A stretch of 64,000 nt of DNA, taken from Takakia lepidozioides (Eukaryota; Plantae; Bryophyta). The stretch lies in contig CM060733.1 of the NCBI GenBank assembly GCA_030704615.1, positions 8,680,001 through 8,744,000 of the forward strand. The letters run 5' to 3'. This document shows, in pieces, positions 49,399-62,243 of the stretch. A program made the position numbers and the translations under genes. The first letter of the stretch is position 1; each line of letters opens with the position of its first letter. The notes beneath the pieces were generated by a model. It worked only from the letters and a program-made list of their open reading frames with translations, was not told the DNA's origin and did no database searches.

Positions 49399-49823
49399 CG
49401 CCGATGGGATGAGAGCGGGGGTGGGGAGGGATTGACCGAGCCCAGCCAGCTGCCTTTCGATGGCTGCCGGAGGCGGAGAACCGGCGGTACGGGGTGTCAG
49501 GGCTGGACCGTCCTGTCCTGACGCGCTCGCATTAAGTTCTTATATTATTACTATTATCTACCAATTCAAATAACCGCCCAACATTGGAATTTATGACAGA
49601 ATATTCCATTTTACGGCGCGTCGTCGCCGCCGATGGGATGAGAGCGGGGGTGGGGAGGGATTGACCGAGCCCAGCCAGCTGCCTTTCGATGGCTGCCCGG
49701 AGGCGGAGAACCGGCGGTACGGGGTGTCAGGGCTGGACCGTCCTGAAGTTCTTACATTATTCCTATTATCTTCCAATTCAAATAACCGCCCAACATTGGA
49801 ATTTATGACAGAATATTCCATTT
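49399..49823. repeat. Direct duplication of ~200 bp
   Basis: CGCCGATGGGATGAG...AATATTCCATTT at 49399-49611 and 49628-49823; the first copy has an extra ~18 bp. Confidence 0.9.
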
Positions 49824-50024
49824 AAAAATAAATAAATAAAAAATCCACCGCCCCCACCTGGGACAATTCAGGCCCTTGAGGAGGGGATTACCCCCTCTCA
49901 TATATGGGCCATGGAGACCTACAGGACAATCAACGCCCAGCACAAACAGTCCCACAAATGGGTTTGAACCCTAAACCACCATGGCGACACACTGCACACT
50001 TACCAGCTGAGCTACCAGCCGACA
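49824..50024 (-). mobile_element. tRNA-derived SINE, same family as 3635-3838, with T-rich tail
   Basis: A box TAGCTCAGCTGG (50003-50014), B box GGTTCAAACCC (~49960-49970), shared 3' GGGCCTGAATTGT..CCCAGGT. Confidence 0.75.
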
Positions 50025-50108
50025 TGATTCATTTTAACTTTTTGAGGTTCAAAAAGTGCGAAATTTCGCCAGAAATAAAAACACTGCATTGATTCCCCAC
50101 AAGATTGC

Positions 50109-50217
50109 CACCTTTAAGAAATGACCCGCCGAAGCAGCGGGTGACAGGGGAAGAGCGAGGTTCAATCACCTTTAAGAAATGACCCGCCGAAGCAGAGGGT
50201 GACAGGGGAAGAGCGAG
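50109..50217. repeat. 58-bp period tandem duplication
   Basis: CACCTTTAAGAAATGACCC...GGGGAAGAGCGAG at 50109 and 50167. Confidence 0.85.
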
Positions 50218-51373
50218 TTTCGATCTCTGTCTGCGGAGCGATGGTGGCAGCGAGCTCCCGAGCTCTGCTGAGCTCGCGCGGAGAGGCCATAAGGAAGGTT
50301 GTGATTTCTCTGTATTGGAAAGGGGAGGATGCCTTATATCTTGCAGCAGACTGAGGGAGTTCAAAGTGGCATCCAAATTGGCAATGCTGGGCCCTGTATT
50401 CTTGAAAGTGATGGCTGTGGCGCCTCACAAGCCTTCAGTGCAGCTGGAAGAAGAAACAGGCATGATTCTATTGTCGTATTGTTTGGTTGATTAGAAATTT
50501 TGTACGTTAGAGCCATCCAGGCTGCAAAGTATCCTGGATTAATAACAGCGGAAAAGTACACCCATTTTGGTCTATCAATTTCATACCACGGTCAAATAAG
50601 GGGCTTTGCAGGAAGGTGACATGACCTACATCGATACTCTCCACCCTGAGCTCCTTCAGCATCTTCTGAAACTCGTCGTATATTTCTCTCCCTGTCGCGG
50701 GGGGGCAGAGATAGAGATTTGCATGGCTGAAAGCCTATTCTTTCTTATTACGACGTGCAGGCCAACCACTGAACCTAGAACAGCTTTGGCGGGACCTCAC
50801 GTCAAAAATCATGATAAAGATAATCTTGCTGTCATATACGCAGGAGTGATTCTGATTGGTGGATCTGTTGGTTGTTAATTTCCATAGCATAAAATTTGGT
50901 CCGAAGTTGTGGACTATCGTTTGGTAAGATGAGAGCTTTGTGTGGATGTACTACAGTCTATATGGGCCTGTGGTTGAAGCTATGCCATTCAAACACTGAT
51001 TTGCACAGAAGAATCCAGATCCCTAGACTTCAGATATTAGTGCACAATTGGAGCTCCTGGGGATTGGAGGTGGGGGAATCCCCGTGAAATCAAAGCTAGC
51101 TGCCATATCACAAGGTCGATCATTGTCGGGTGATGCTCTATATCGTTGTTGGGCTCTGCTACAGGCCGAAGACTACAACGGGTGCTGTTGTGGATGATGA
51201 GTCTACAGTAGAATTGCTATAATTTCTCTCAAATGAATGTGCCATCATTGTGTATCCAAAATAACATGGAGCGAATTTCTTGCCTCACGAAGAGATCTTC
51301 CTTGAAAGTATTCATGAGTGTTGAGCTGTACTCTATTACATAGTTTGTAACGAGGAGTTCTGAGCTATGCAGG

Positions 51374-53023
51374 ATGGCAGGGTTCAATCAGAAAAACATA
51401 TTTACTGGACATCAGACTGGCAGCAGGGATGTCACTTCCACCGTCACCTCCACTGCCACCACTGGTTTTGAAAGAGGACACAGAGACAGAGTCAACAAGA
51501 AGACTTCAGGGACTTGTGGGGATGTGATGTCATTATCTAAGGAGGGACGACTGAAAGAGGCGCTACACATTTTGAACCAACCAGACCTTTGGGCAGACTG
51601 CAATACTTATGTTTGTCTCTTGAAGGGGTGCATCAAGATGAAAGCCCTCACAGAGGGAAAGCAGGTGCATGCCCATATCATCCAACGTGGATTCCTGCCA
51701 AGCATGTACCTGCACAACACCCTTATCAACATGTATGCCAAGTGCGGGAAGGTGGGGGATGCACGCCAAGTGTTTGACAAAATGCCTGAACGAGATAAGT
51801 TTACATGGAGTATGATGATCGAAGGATATGCCAAGCAAGGGCTTGCGGAGAAGGCTTTCGAAATCTATGAACAAATTAAGGAGGAAAGAGTGATGCCTGA
51901 CAGGGTAACATTCACTTGTGTTCTCAACGTTTGTGCCATGCTAGGAGCCTTGGACAGGGGACAGCGGGTCCATGCTGACATCATCAACACAGGAATTGCA
52001 TCAGACATCACTTTGGAGACTACCCTTGTTGACATGTATGCAAAATGCGGAAGCGTAAGGGATGCTCGTCACGTGTTTGACAAAATGGCGAAACGAAATG
52101 TGTTCTCTTGGACCGCCATGATCAAAGGCTATGCCCAGCATGGACACTTCAAAGATGCTTTCAAGATCTATGAGCAAATGCAGCAGGAGGGCTTGAAGCC
52201 AGACGGTATCACCTTCCTGTCTCTTCTCTCTGTATGTAGCCATGCAGGCCTCATAGATGAAGGATGGCACTACTTTGTTTCGATGAGTAGAGATCATGGT
52301 CTCACACCTACACTAGAGCATTTTGGTTGTATGGTGGCTCTTCTAGGGCGTGCAGGGCAACTGGAAGAGGCAGAGGACTTCATTAATGAAATGCCAATCA
52401 AACCAGATGCTCGGGTGTGGCGGGCTTTGCTTGGTGCCTGCAGAATTCATGGAAATGTGGGGGTAGCAGAACATGTTGCGAAATCAATTTTGAGGTGTGA
52501 TCCACAGCATTCTGGAGCTTATGTGCTGCTATCAAACATCTATGCTGCTGCTGGCAGATGGGATGATAAAGCAAAAATTAGACAAATGATGGAGGAAAGA
52601 GGTATCAGAAAGGAGGCAGGGTGGAGCTGCATTGAGGTCAATAACCAGGTGCATGAATTTGTTGTAGAAGACACACTGCATCCTCAAATTGAGGAAATCC
52701 ATGCTGAGCTGGAGAGATTGTATGGGCGGATGAAGGAGGCTGGGTATGTGCCCGACACTCGTTTCGTGTTGCATGATGTGGAGGAGGAACAGAAGGAAGC
52801 TTCTCTTTGGCACCACAGTGAGAAGCTAGCAATTGCTTTTGGGCTTATTAACACTCCCCCTGGGACACCCATCCGCATCATCAAGAACCTTCGTGTGTGC
52901 GGTGACTGCCACACAGCCATTAAGTTCATCTCCAGGATTGTTGGGCGAGTAGTTATTCTACGGGATACCAACCGTTTTCACCACTTCCAAGCAGGGGTCT
53001 GCTCTTGTGGGGATTACTGGTGA
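51374..53023 (+). CDS. PLS-class PPR protein with E1-E2-DYW domain (organellar C-to-U RNA editing factor), 549 aa, single coding exon
   Basis: L-S-P-L-S-P2-L2-S2-E1-E2 motifs, PG-box variant AGWSCIE, HSEKLA, KNLRVCGDCH, terminal CSCGDYW. TGCAG just before the ATG could be a splice acceptor, so an upstream exon is possible. Confidence 0.96.
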   Translation: MAGFNQKNIFTGHQTGSRDVTSTVTSTATTGFERGHRDRVNKKTSGTCGDVMSLSKEGRLKEALHILNQPDLWADCNTYVCLLKGCIKMKALTEGKQVHAHIIQRGFLPSMYLHNTLINMYAKCGKVGDARQVFDKMPERDKFTWSMMIEGYAKQGLAEKAFEIYEQIKEERVMPDRVTFTCVLNVCAMLGALDRGQRVHADIINTGIASDITLETTLVDMYAKCGSVRDARHVFDKMAKRNVFSWTAMIKGYAQHGHFKDAFKIYEQMQQEGLKPDGITFLSLLSVCSHAGLIDEGWHYFVSMSRDHGLTPTLEHFGCMVALLGRAGQLEEAEDFINEMPIKPDARVWRALLGACRIHGNVGVAEHVAKSILRCDPQHSGAYVLLSNIYAAAGRWDDKAKIRQMMEERGIRKEAGWSCIEVNNQVHEFVVEDTLHPQIEEIHAELERLYGRMKEAGYVPDTRFVLHDVEEEQKEASLWHHSEKLAIAFGLINTPPGTPIRIIKNLRVCGDCHTAIKFISRIVGRVVILRDTNRFHHFQAGVCSCGDYW

Positions 53024-54734
53024 AACTAACACCACGCCAAGTACCATGACAGAAAGCATGACCTGAACTTAGTGGCTACGTGGCTTCAGAGGCAGAGATT
53101 CTCCCAGCATCTATTGAAGAAAAACAGCCGAAAGATGCACCTGAGATCCATGGATGCAGCAACGAGTCGGACAATTTGTATGGCATTGATGGATCCTCAG
53201 AAGAAGACCAGAAAAGAGCCCAACCGTTTGGTGCTAAGGTCAGATCGCTTTCTGCAAAGCTTGTTTTGCAAGCTTGTCTAAGCTGTTTCCTTTCCTTCCT
53301 CGTAAATTAGTTATTCCCCCATTATTGCTATTAACTGGTTTGATAGTCCCATCAATCTCAACAGCCTTAGAGTGTACTCAGTAAAGATTTGAAGCTTGCA
53401 AGTACATGCTGAAAGATGTTGGGCAAAACAGCCTCATAAGGCACAGTCCAGTGAAAGTAGGGCAACCAGATAGCTGTGCTTCTCACTTATTTGCTCATCA
53501 GAAGCACTCTAAACCAATGCCAGCAAAGGAGTTAGATCAGCAATGGAGAAGTCCTCTTGTTCATGGGGGGTCTCTAGAGGTTTTGATTGATTTCTTGGGG
53601 CAATGGGCCTCAAAAATGTAGTCAATTAGCTGAAGTTGTGTAATTGATTTCATCACCTCAAATGGGATGCAGCCCATGGAAGCCCATGTACACGAGTACA
53701 CGAGTACACGAGTAAAGCAAAGGCATGCAAAGCTGTAAAACAATGTGAGCCCTTCTTTTACCGGCTCATTTTGTTTGAGCCTTATGGTGAACTTACATCT
53801 GATTCACTTTGCTGTAAGAGAGACCCTGAGCCAGTGCCCTTTTGATTTAAGGATCCAAGCGTCTGTGAAGTTGAAGACCTCATCATCGCCCTAATATCGA
53901 AGTACTCAGAATCGAAACTGCCGCTGTTGGAAACTGAGGGCTTGTGCTCAGAGAATCCATGAACTTTACTTGTGTTTGGTGATAGGCATCTGCTGTCGCA
54001 TATTCCATCACTAAGCGTGTGCTTCATCCGGCTCAGCATTGCATTCAGCTCCGGAGCTCATCCATGTATCGATGAGGTGGATTGTAGATTTGATCATTCC
54101 TACTCATACAACTGCACTGAAAGAATTGCGCTGAAGAATGGGTTGGGCAGAAGATGTTTGATGTTGTTGTATCACACCTTTAGTTCTCTCTCTTTATTAG
54201 CAGGGAATAAGAAGAGTGTCTTGCACAACGTTTTCGTCAACCTACAGAGTATTCATTGCATGTGTACAACATAAACAACCCAGTGATTCAAGACTAGCCC
54301 CCGCATCAGCACGAGGCGTTCAGTTCTGGGAGTGTATCTGCAATCCAGCATGCACACTTGCCGACATGCTAGTATAGTCTTCCAACTCCCCTGCTTGCAT
54401 TATACATCGCGCATGCTCATGGGTGGTCAGATCTTGGGAATCACGGAATTGTCCTGGACTGAAGAAAACTAGTGCGGTCAAGTGGTGAGGCCTACCCAGG
54501 CCAACTGCAGATTGGGGCCATTGCACTAATTCTGTGCACAGAACAGTGAGAGTATAATGAAACTGATATTAGCTCTGTTCAGTCAAGTAAGGCTCTTGCT
54601 TTTACATAAAACGATCCATACAGCTTCCTTGAGATGGAATCTCAGCCCTTTCCCAACAGAAAAGGCCACAATCATCGTCCACTAATTGTTGTTGGGGGAG
54701 GTCAAATGTGGTTGTGCCCAAATTGTATTAATCA

Positions 54735-55564
54735 TCACATTGGGGGAAGGGTCTCGTTTTTCTTTATAAGCTCTTTCCTGTAAGGTATTAGAAACCGTTC
54801 CAAGCCTGTATAGAACGCAACAGTCACATGATCAGCAACTCTGCTCAAGTGCATGCAACCTTCAAGATCTTAAACTAATACCACAGAGAACACGAGTTAA
54901 TTTACACTTGCAGAAGTTAGCAACAAACAAAACAGTAGAAACAAGAGCCAGACTGACAAGAGTATTGACTGTTTCCAGTAGACATGCTATGAAGTACCTT
55001 AGGGGAAGGTGCATGGATATGAGTGAGGTACAGTCAGAAACACGCATAACAGTGATTAATGGACTTACCAAACAAGTAGAGGTTGCGAAAAGATCCAGAA
55101 ATGTTTCTCCTTTCTTGTTCAGGGATATTTTGTAAGCAATTCAAGAACTCCAAATCAGCCTTGTGCAAAGCTGCTTGATTGTGACTGTCATACCCTATAT
55201 CATGCCGGTAACAGCAATGATCCAACCAATCAATGGGTTTCTTGTCCCACAATAATGAGCCAGAGTCCCGCCCACTGGACCAATTCGGCCCACAATAGTT
55301 CCCATACCTGGGGAAAAACCTAGAGAAAACGTTTCGAGGACCTGTGTGCCAGGGTAGCTGAGCAGTGTAAGGCACAAACTCTGGGAGTAGACATCCGGGC
55401 TGTTGCTTCACCTCCACCTCGACAACCTCTGCAGTAACTGGCAATGGGTCCCTGGTCCGCAAGACCATATTTTGAGAAGAATTAGAATGCTCTGGCAATG
55501 GGTCACTGGTCCGCAAGACCATATTTTGAGGAGAATTAGAATGCTTCAAGGCGTCAAACTTCAT
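54735..55564 (-). CDS. Phospholipase A2-like protein (At4g29070-like), ~188 aa; exons 55564-55069 and 54805-54735
   Basis: PWHTGPR..FPRYGNYCGPNWSSG (Ca-loop-like) and DWLDHCCYRHDIGYD (His-Asp). A phase-1 GT-AG intron joins to GLERFLIPYRKELIKKNETLPPM*. Confidence 0.88.
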
Positions 55565-57249
55565 GGTTGTTAACCAGCTTTAACTTGTTGACCTGCCAAG
55601 TTCCATCCATGTTTTTGAGCAAAGCTTACTTGCAAGCAGGATCCATGTAGAGAGTGATCTCAGGCAGAGTAACCATCTACTTGCAGGCAACTTCCATACA
55701 AACTTCTATCCAAACATCGTTCCATAGCAATCAAATCATTGATACTGGCCTCTACATTTGGAACAACAGTCAATAACGTTGAAATTAGTCTGCCAGTAGA
55801 TCCTCCCAACTTTGTCAGCATGACAGCTTGCCATCTAGGTTCTTACTCTGTTTCCATGTTCTGGTACAGGAGATAGGGGCTCTATGAGAGCTACCAAACT
55901 CAGAGAAACTCTTTTGTAGACAAGCTGGTTTAATGGTTTAATATCCACAGATGCCACATATCCTTCCCACTGCAAAATCTTAGACGTCAAGGTTTAATCT
56001 CCTTGCAGAGATTGTCAGAAAAGACTCTCTACATGACATGAGCAGAGCTTCGACCCAGCTTTCTTTGCATCGAGGACGGAGATGGAAAACTATAAAACTG
56101 GAGGATGAGATTACGAAGAACGGGGAGTGTTAACCTAGTCCAATCCGGTAAGCTACCTCGCCACAGAAAAAGCAAAATGCAGAACGCAGTTTCAGCTGGA
56201 TTTCCAAGCTCACTCAGTTGCAGCTGCCGCTGTTATGTTCCAAAGTCCTTGGGGGAAAAAGTATTGACGCCCTGGGAGAGTGAAACTGCTGGATCGCTCG
56301 CACTGGCGAACAACTGACATATGGGTCGGCTGTTCTGACAGTGTAAATTCCAGCTGTGCTACACTGAAGTATACTTCCAATCGTTATGACACAAGAGATT
56401 TTCGGAGGCTGGCCAAAGGATTGATTTGAAGACACAAACCGTGACTGGGATCGCTCTAGTAGTTCACACAAACAAAAATAAAACACCGTGACCCAACATA
56501 CTCTGCAAACGCGAGAACATGTACCTGCTATAACTCCTTGAATACTACCTTCAGGTTCAGCATACCATCACATTGTTGCATTCACTCATTGAACTTTCTC
56601 TGGCAACTCAGCTCGCTCCGTCTTTATCCTCCCAATATCAGTTCAAAACTCGCACACAACAGTAAGGATCGCACTCTAGATGTTTGGTAAAATCTACCAA
56701 ACATCTTAAACTAACCTTGCCAGGTGCTCCCTGCGGTGCAATTCTCTTCGATTTTTGTCAGAACGTCAAATGCTGCGGAATCCCGATCCTCTGTAGCTCT
56801 CGGAAACCCGGCAAGTGCATCCTCTTATAGATAAGTAGTCCGATCTCACATCCGCTGACAAATTCTATAGCAAGACAGCGACAGCGACATGATCCACTGT
56901 GTGTAGATTCAGGACTGAGGAGACGCCCTACTTCAACTTGACAAGCTGAAGTCTTTTCAGTGTGTGGGAGAGGAGAAATCTCGTCGTGTTGCTTCCTTGC
57001 AACACAACGTGTGCGTTTTTGGATGGCCCACGCGCGCTACGAAGGCTGTATCCACGCTCCAAGCTCAGCGATGGATATTCTCTTACCTTATTCATTATCC
57101 GCGCGGTTGCATCTGTGAGGTTGTCCCTACTACCGACATGAATGGACGAGAGGGTTTTGCATACAGGTAATCGCATGCTAAGACTTACTGATTTCCTGAT
57201 TGTGGTTCTTGCAGATTGTCACAGGCACACTTTTCCTGTGAAGAATGCA

Positions 57250-58950
57250 CTGGTAGATGGTGAATGGAGCCTCACTTCACCTTACAAGAGACGCAGTAAA
57301 AATCAATTTGAAGTACTAAGTTGCACTGTGGGTCAGTTGAACTTGTCACTGTTGCGCATTAATCCCTCATATGCTTTCCTGATGAAGTGTTTGACATCTT
57401 CCATGTGACATCATTGCCATGCCCGCCAGAGAAATGGTTGGAGTGAAGGGTGTAGGACCAGTTAATTGCATTCAGGTATCTGGAGATAGCTGAGCAAACA
57501 TGTCACTTATAGTAGGTCCAACATAAATTACAATGTATCATTAGCCAGTGCTCAAACCAAGCATTCTATTAATCGGTTGATGATCCTTCCCATACTGGCA
57601 ATCCCAAAGAACCAATCTGGCAACCGCAGTCCCAAGCACTGTCTATTGGAAATAGACTAGTTATCGTCCTCTTTTCCATCACCAAAAAATACCAGTGTTC
57701 TTAACAAACTGCTTCTTACAGTACTCATTCTGGTAGAAAATGGGCTCATAACAATGTCTATAGTTTGAATATTAAAATATCCACTACCTACATTTCTGGC
57801 AAAGAGGACCCCGAATCTACAGTGACACATGATTTAAACCATAGCATTGAGAATGTATGGTCACATTTGGTCTCCACATCTGCTTCAGCCCAACCTTCTC
57901 GACCGGAGTTTCATCTGAACACAGTCACTGCAGACCAAACGCTCCTCGCAAAATAGGAATAGGTCAACCAAACTTGACTTTCACATGGATGCCTGATCAC
58001 AGATACTTGGTGATGGATGTCGAATCACCCTATTCAGCGAATGTCCACACAGCGCAAGCGCAAGGGATTGCAACCAACCAGTGTAGCACACCACACTGCT
58101 CCACTGTACCTGTGTCAGTATAACCAACACTTGTCAATAAAGCTCTCCCAAAGTTCGACTTGAATCATATCTGTCCACTCTGTTATTCAAGGCAAGCTCC
58201 AAGTCATCCAGAAAGAAGTTGATGTTATCCACGAAATTACTACAATTACTACAGAGCTGTCAAATGATCTGTCTACACTTCCGAGCAATTCTATCACAGC
58301 AAACTCAAAAACACCTGCTTCATTTAGCTCAGGTGGTGCTCCAACAAGGACAGACAGGAGGAGGTGTAGGACAAGTCAAAAACCTTGAAGATAGTGCTTT
58401 CAAATTGGGCAGAGAGAGACGTCCACAAAGTGGAGCTGCCTGGGTACTCTAGGATCTCGAGAGTTTACATGTACTTGAGAGCAGTTTCCCGAGTGACATC
58501 AGTAGGATTGCACTTTAGAATTCCCAACGCTTAGTACTTGAGATCCAAATCCAGACATGCAAAGTGACCTGCCATTCCATCATGCCATAGCCAGAAATGT
58601 TAAACTTTCTCTAAATGCATGTGAAAGCCCTATCTCCAAACACAGTTTCTACGCTGCAAATTGTCCATTATGTTTTGGAGTAATCGAAGAATGCTTGATG
58701 TTGCAACTCCAAACTTGGACTGCAATTACTGCATGAACCAGTACCCAAACATCCTTCAAACCTATGTACCTGACAATATGATTCAATTGATGTGCGCATC
58801 CCCATGGTTCCTCATCTATGCAGGATATGTCAATTGATCAATTCTATCCCTACTGCAGTATTTGCACACTAGTTTATGCAATCTTGAAGGAACCCAGGAG
58901 ATGCTCACTGCGGATTCCACACCACAATACTGGTCAAAATGTAAGAACCA
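57250..58950 (-). mobile_element. Very old LINE ORF2 relic
   Basis: Manual translation gives remnants in RT order: LCWTYYK..SAISRYL, KAYEGL, LVLQIDF....KVK*, resembling LLNSTYK..LALRL, LAHEAL and LMLDFEKAFDSIDW of the LINE at 33700-33960. Boundaries approximate. Confidence 0.35.
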
Positions 58951-59098
58951 AGTAACCTAGCCTGGTTACAGTTCAAATGCTAAGAAAATAGGACTTATTT
59001 GCAACTGACTTTGCACCAATTCATTGCTCAGCCACTTGACAAATATCTGCATCCTCTCCAGGGATCTTGGAACCCACCTTCCCCCACCTGCACCGTCA

Positions 59099-60529
59099 CT
59101 AGAGTGGGTAATTTCGCTGAAAGATTGGAGGGAAGGACATCCCTGCTCGAATGGCAACACTCAAAATGTCACAGGTGTCTGCGCCTGGAGTGTGAGCAAT
59201 TGGGCTGGAGTTCAGACGCACCACATCCATCACCGTCTTGGGAAAATGTGGGACGCGCATCTGTGACGCTTCTGTTCTGTGCACTTCCCCTCTCCCGTCT
59301 CTGGCCACTCGGTTCAAGTCGGGGAGCTGGGTACTGGAACCGGCTTCTGCTCTCTCCCTCATATGGTCCAATTGCTCCATCAAGTGTATAGTTGTATGCT
59401 CCATCTCAAGACCAGTGGATCCCTTGCGCTGTACACTCTCTTTCCCGGTTCTCATCGAAAGACTGGCCACTCTTTTCTTCCTTTCATTTCTTAAGCATCC
59501 GCCACTGGGAACTGCTTCCTCTATTTCCCTTTCACAGTGCACTCGAACATCCGGCTCCTGTGTCAACCACATGGTCAAATGCTCCACGTCCACTTCCACA
59601 TTGATCCCTTTGATCGCCACCGGGGGAGAGGGAGACACTACTTGTAGGTGGGTAAGAGTCGTCATTTCTCCCTCGTTTGTGTCTTCTCCCTCGTCTCGCA
59701 CTCGCGGGATATCGCGTACTCTTGTAGCGCTTTCACTGACAGCAGAATGTAGGACAGGCTGAACTGCCCTTTCTTCATGAGTCACAAGGATACGGATGCT
59801 GGGTTGAGCTGTTGCCCTCTCATCAGCCGTGGGCTGTGTAGTAGGCTGCTCTCTTCCTTTCTTGGCTGCTGTTGGGTTGGCCGGATGAGCCAGCCCCCAC
59901 TCACTCATCACTGCCTGTGTTTGAGTCTCAACAAATTCATCAAAGGGTGGCTGTGTTATTGGCTGAGCACTCATGGAATCCATGGTAATATGACCTTCGA
60001 AGCCCTGTTCGCCGCTTGATTGACTTCCTGAGTGCGTGGGAGACCCAGAGCGGTCGCTCTCGAAGGCAGCATTGTAGCTATCTTCAATCTCCACCCCATC
60101 CTTTCTTTTCGATAAGGGATCCACCTGACTGTGAGTTGCGTTGACTTCATCTGCTTTCTCCAATCTGCCCTCTGTCTTTCTTGTCAAAGGTTCCATCTCA
60201 CTGTAAGTTCCTTTTGATTGTGAACTGCTCGGCGGGGATACAAATTCCACTGCTTCACGATAAACCCCGATAGTATTGAAATCTTCGGAACTCTCACTCT
60301 CAGATTGGCTTCGGCTTCCAGGGTGAGATGACAAATTCATCAAAGGCTGGCTGGGGGTTTCATCGAGTGAACAGCCCTTGCTTGGCTCATCCCACCCAGG
60401 GATATTGTTCAGCAGTTCCTCTTGTGAAGAGGATATCACACAGTCTCTCTGAAGTTCCCGAATTGCAGTGAGGGGCATTGCATCATGCTCCACCATATGT
60501 GCCTGCAAACCCAATTCAAGTACAAACAT
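59099..60529 (-). CDS. Uncharacterised, largely low-complexity (S/E/P/Q-rich) protein, 476 codons; possibly the last exon of a gene
   Basis: Long uninterrupted ORF. Candidate acceptor TTTGCAG at ~60503 precedes AHMVEH. Hydrophobic motif-like C-terminus CDILSVAIRAGMSFPP. Confidence 0.55.
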   Translation of the reverse strand: MFVLELGLQAHMVEHDAMPLTAIRELQRDCVISSSQEELLNNIPGWDEPSKGCSLDETPSQPLMNLSSHPGSRSQSESESSEDFNTIGVYREAVEFVSPPSSSQSKGTYSEMEPLTRKTEGRLEKADEVNATHSQVDPLSKRKDGVEIEDSYNAAFESDRSGSPTHSGSQSSGEQGFEGHITMDSMSAQPITQPPFDEFVETQTQAVMSEWGLAHPANPTAAKKGREQPTTQPTADERATAQPSIRILVTHEERAVQPVLHSAVSESATRVRDIPRVRDEGEDTNEGEMTTLTHLQVVSPSPPVAIKGINVEVDVEHLTMWLTQEPDVRVHCEREIEEAVPSGGCLRNERKKRVASLSMRTGKESVQRKGSTGLEMEHTTIHLMEQLDHMRERAEAGSSTQLPDLNRVARDGRGEVHRTEASQMRVPHFPKTVMDVVRLNSSPIAHTPGADTCDILSVAIRAGMSFPPIFQRNYPL

Positions 60530-62243
60530 GCGAATCCCAATTCTTGTCTACATCTCACTCCCTCTCGTCTCTCGAAACAACAGTCCCATCCTAACACTGC
60601 AAAGAACCTGAAACGATGGTGGGCGTTCTCCTAATCTAAAAGAACACTACGCTTCTCTCTCGCTCCTGCACCCCTCCATTTAAGTCCGTGTGCCCTAATG
60701 CTCATTGTAAGAGATATCCATCGGTTTTCATATTGAATGAATGGACAAAACCGTAAAGAAGAGTCTATCTGTCAAAGCCGATCTGTCTGTTCTACAGTCT
60801 TCTCGGAGACTCTGGTCGGAACTGCGGCTGTCGACTGAACACAGTGGTTCATACAGAAAAAGTTGGATCACCAGTATCTCTGGATAATTTCAGAGATGGT
60901 GCGACCTAGCGATGATGGTTGATTTTTCGTTGAGCACTATGGAGGAGCAACCAGCCCCGAGTGGGCCGTTCATTCAGCTTTTAGAGTATCCCACATCTTG
61001 GCAGTTCAGAGATGCACTTTGAGCTGATACAGAGCAATCAGGAGCAATCATATTTTAGCTAGGGCCGTGGCCGCGTGGGCCAGGTTTAATCATCATGGAC
61101 AGACACCTAACTTCATGCACAAGTTTGTGACAATCGATTACCAAGTGTGTAGGTCTGGAATCTCTCTCCACCGTTCCATGGAATAGCATTATCTTAAGTC
61201 AAATTTGCTTTCTACCCTCTGTTTCTTTCTTGAAGCCACCACTAGCAGCAAGTTCCCAGATTGGGTTTGCAGACTGTCCATGCTTTTCATATTGAAGATT
61301 GGGGAAGACGATAATTTCCAATAAGCTGCAGGTGCCATGCTTTCAAATTCCCCGTCTCTGGTGAATATGTAGTGACAGGAATGCTAGGTACGGAACAGAA
61401 GATGTCGATAAAAACACAATCCGACACCGCTTACTGCAAACGAACTAAAGATCTGCTTGCATCGTGTTGATGGCTCCAACACCCGAGAAATACTTTACAC
61501 AATTTGGGAAGAATGTCGTGCGTGCATACACCCATGTACAACCTAGGTGTCCGCGTAGAACTTCTTTCTGCGTATGTACGAGCTTAAACCCTAGATTATA
61601 ACTCAATTATGTAGAATCAAACAACTCCAGACCCTGCAGGCTCGATCTGTCTTTCTCGCCTAGCATGGAGATGGCGAAGATCCTGGCCTCTCCTCTGACA
61701 CGGCGCTGCTTCTCAGGCCTATTTTGGCATCTACCGTTTGTAATGGCCTCTCTTATTATCTGTGAAGCGTTTGAGTTGTCCTTCGCCGAGCCGTTGGGAG
61801 ATCCAGGCATCTCAGAGTAAGTGCATTTGGTGCCATTCATGCTTCGTTGGCATTTGTGTTAAGGGGAATTGCAATATCTTGCCATGCTCGGAGTCGCAAT
61901 TTGCAAACTCAGGAAGACCCATTTGAAGCCCCAGCATCTCTTTGTGCCCAGAATGCTATGTTTACCAATCCTTAGTGGCACTGATTGCCGAAGTCCAGTT
62001 GCCCTATCACGTATTTATTGTGAAGGATAGTCCTTCGGACTTTGGTATGAGGAGCCCTTTTCAAGCCATCGCTTATTCAATAATCCCCTGTACTCTCAGT
62101 TTCATTTGCAGGGCCGATAACCTTCTTATTCACACCTTCTATTCATACTACGCATGTTCAAGGACCCCGTCTAGAACAGAAAGAGGCAGAGCTGAAGTTA
62201 CAGGGCTGATTGCATCCGTTGGCTCATGGGTTGATGCAAACAG

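Noticed and set aside
53080-54526. ORFs 53080..53310, 53782..54039 and 54320..54526 as extra exons or genes
   Set aside because: Both flanking genes already end in proper stops (DYW* and LPPM*), and no homology was recognised.
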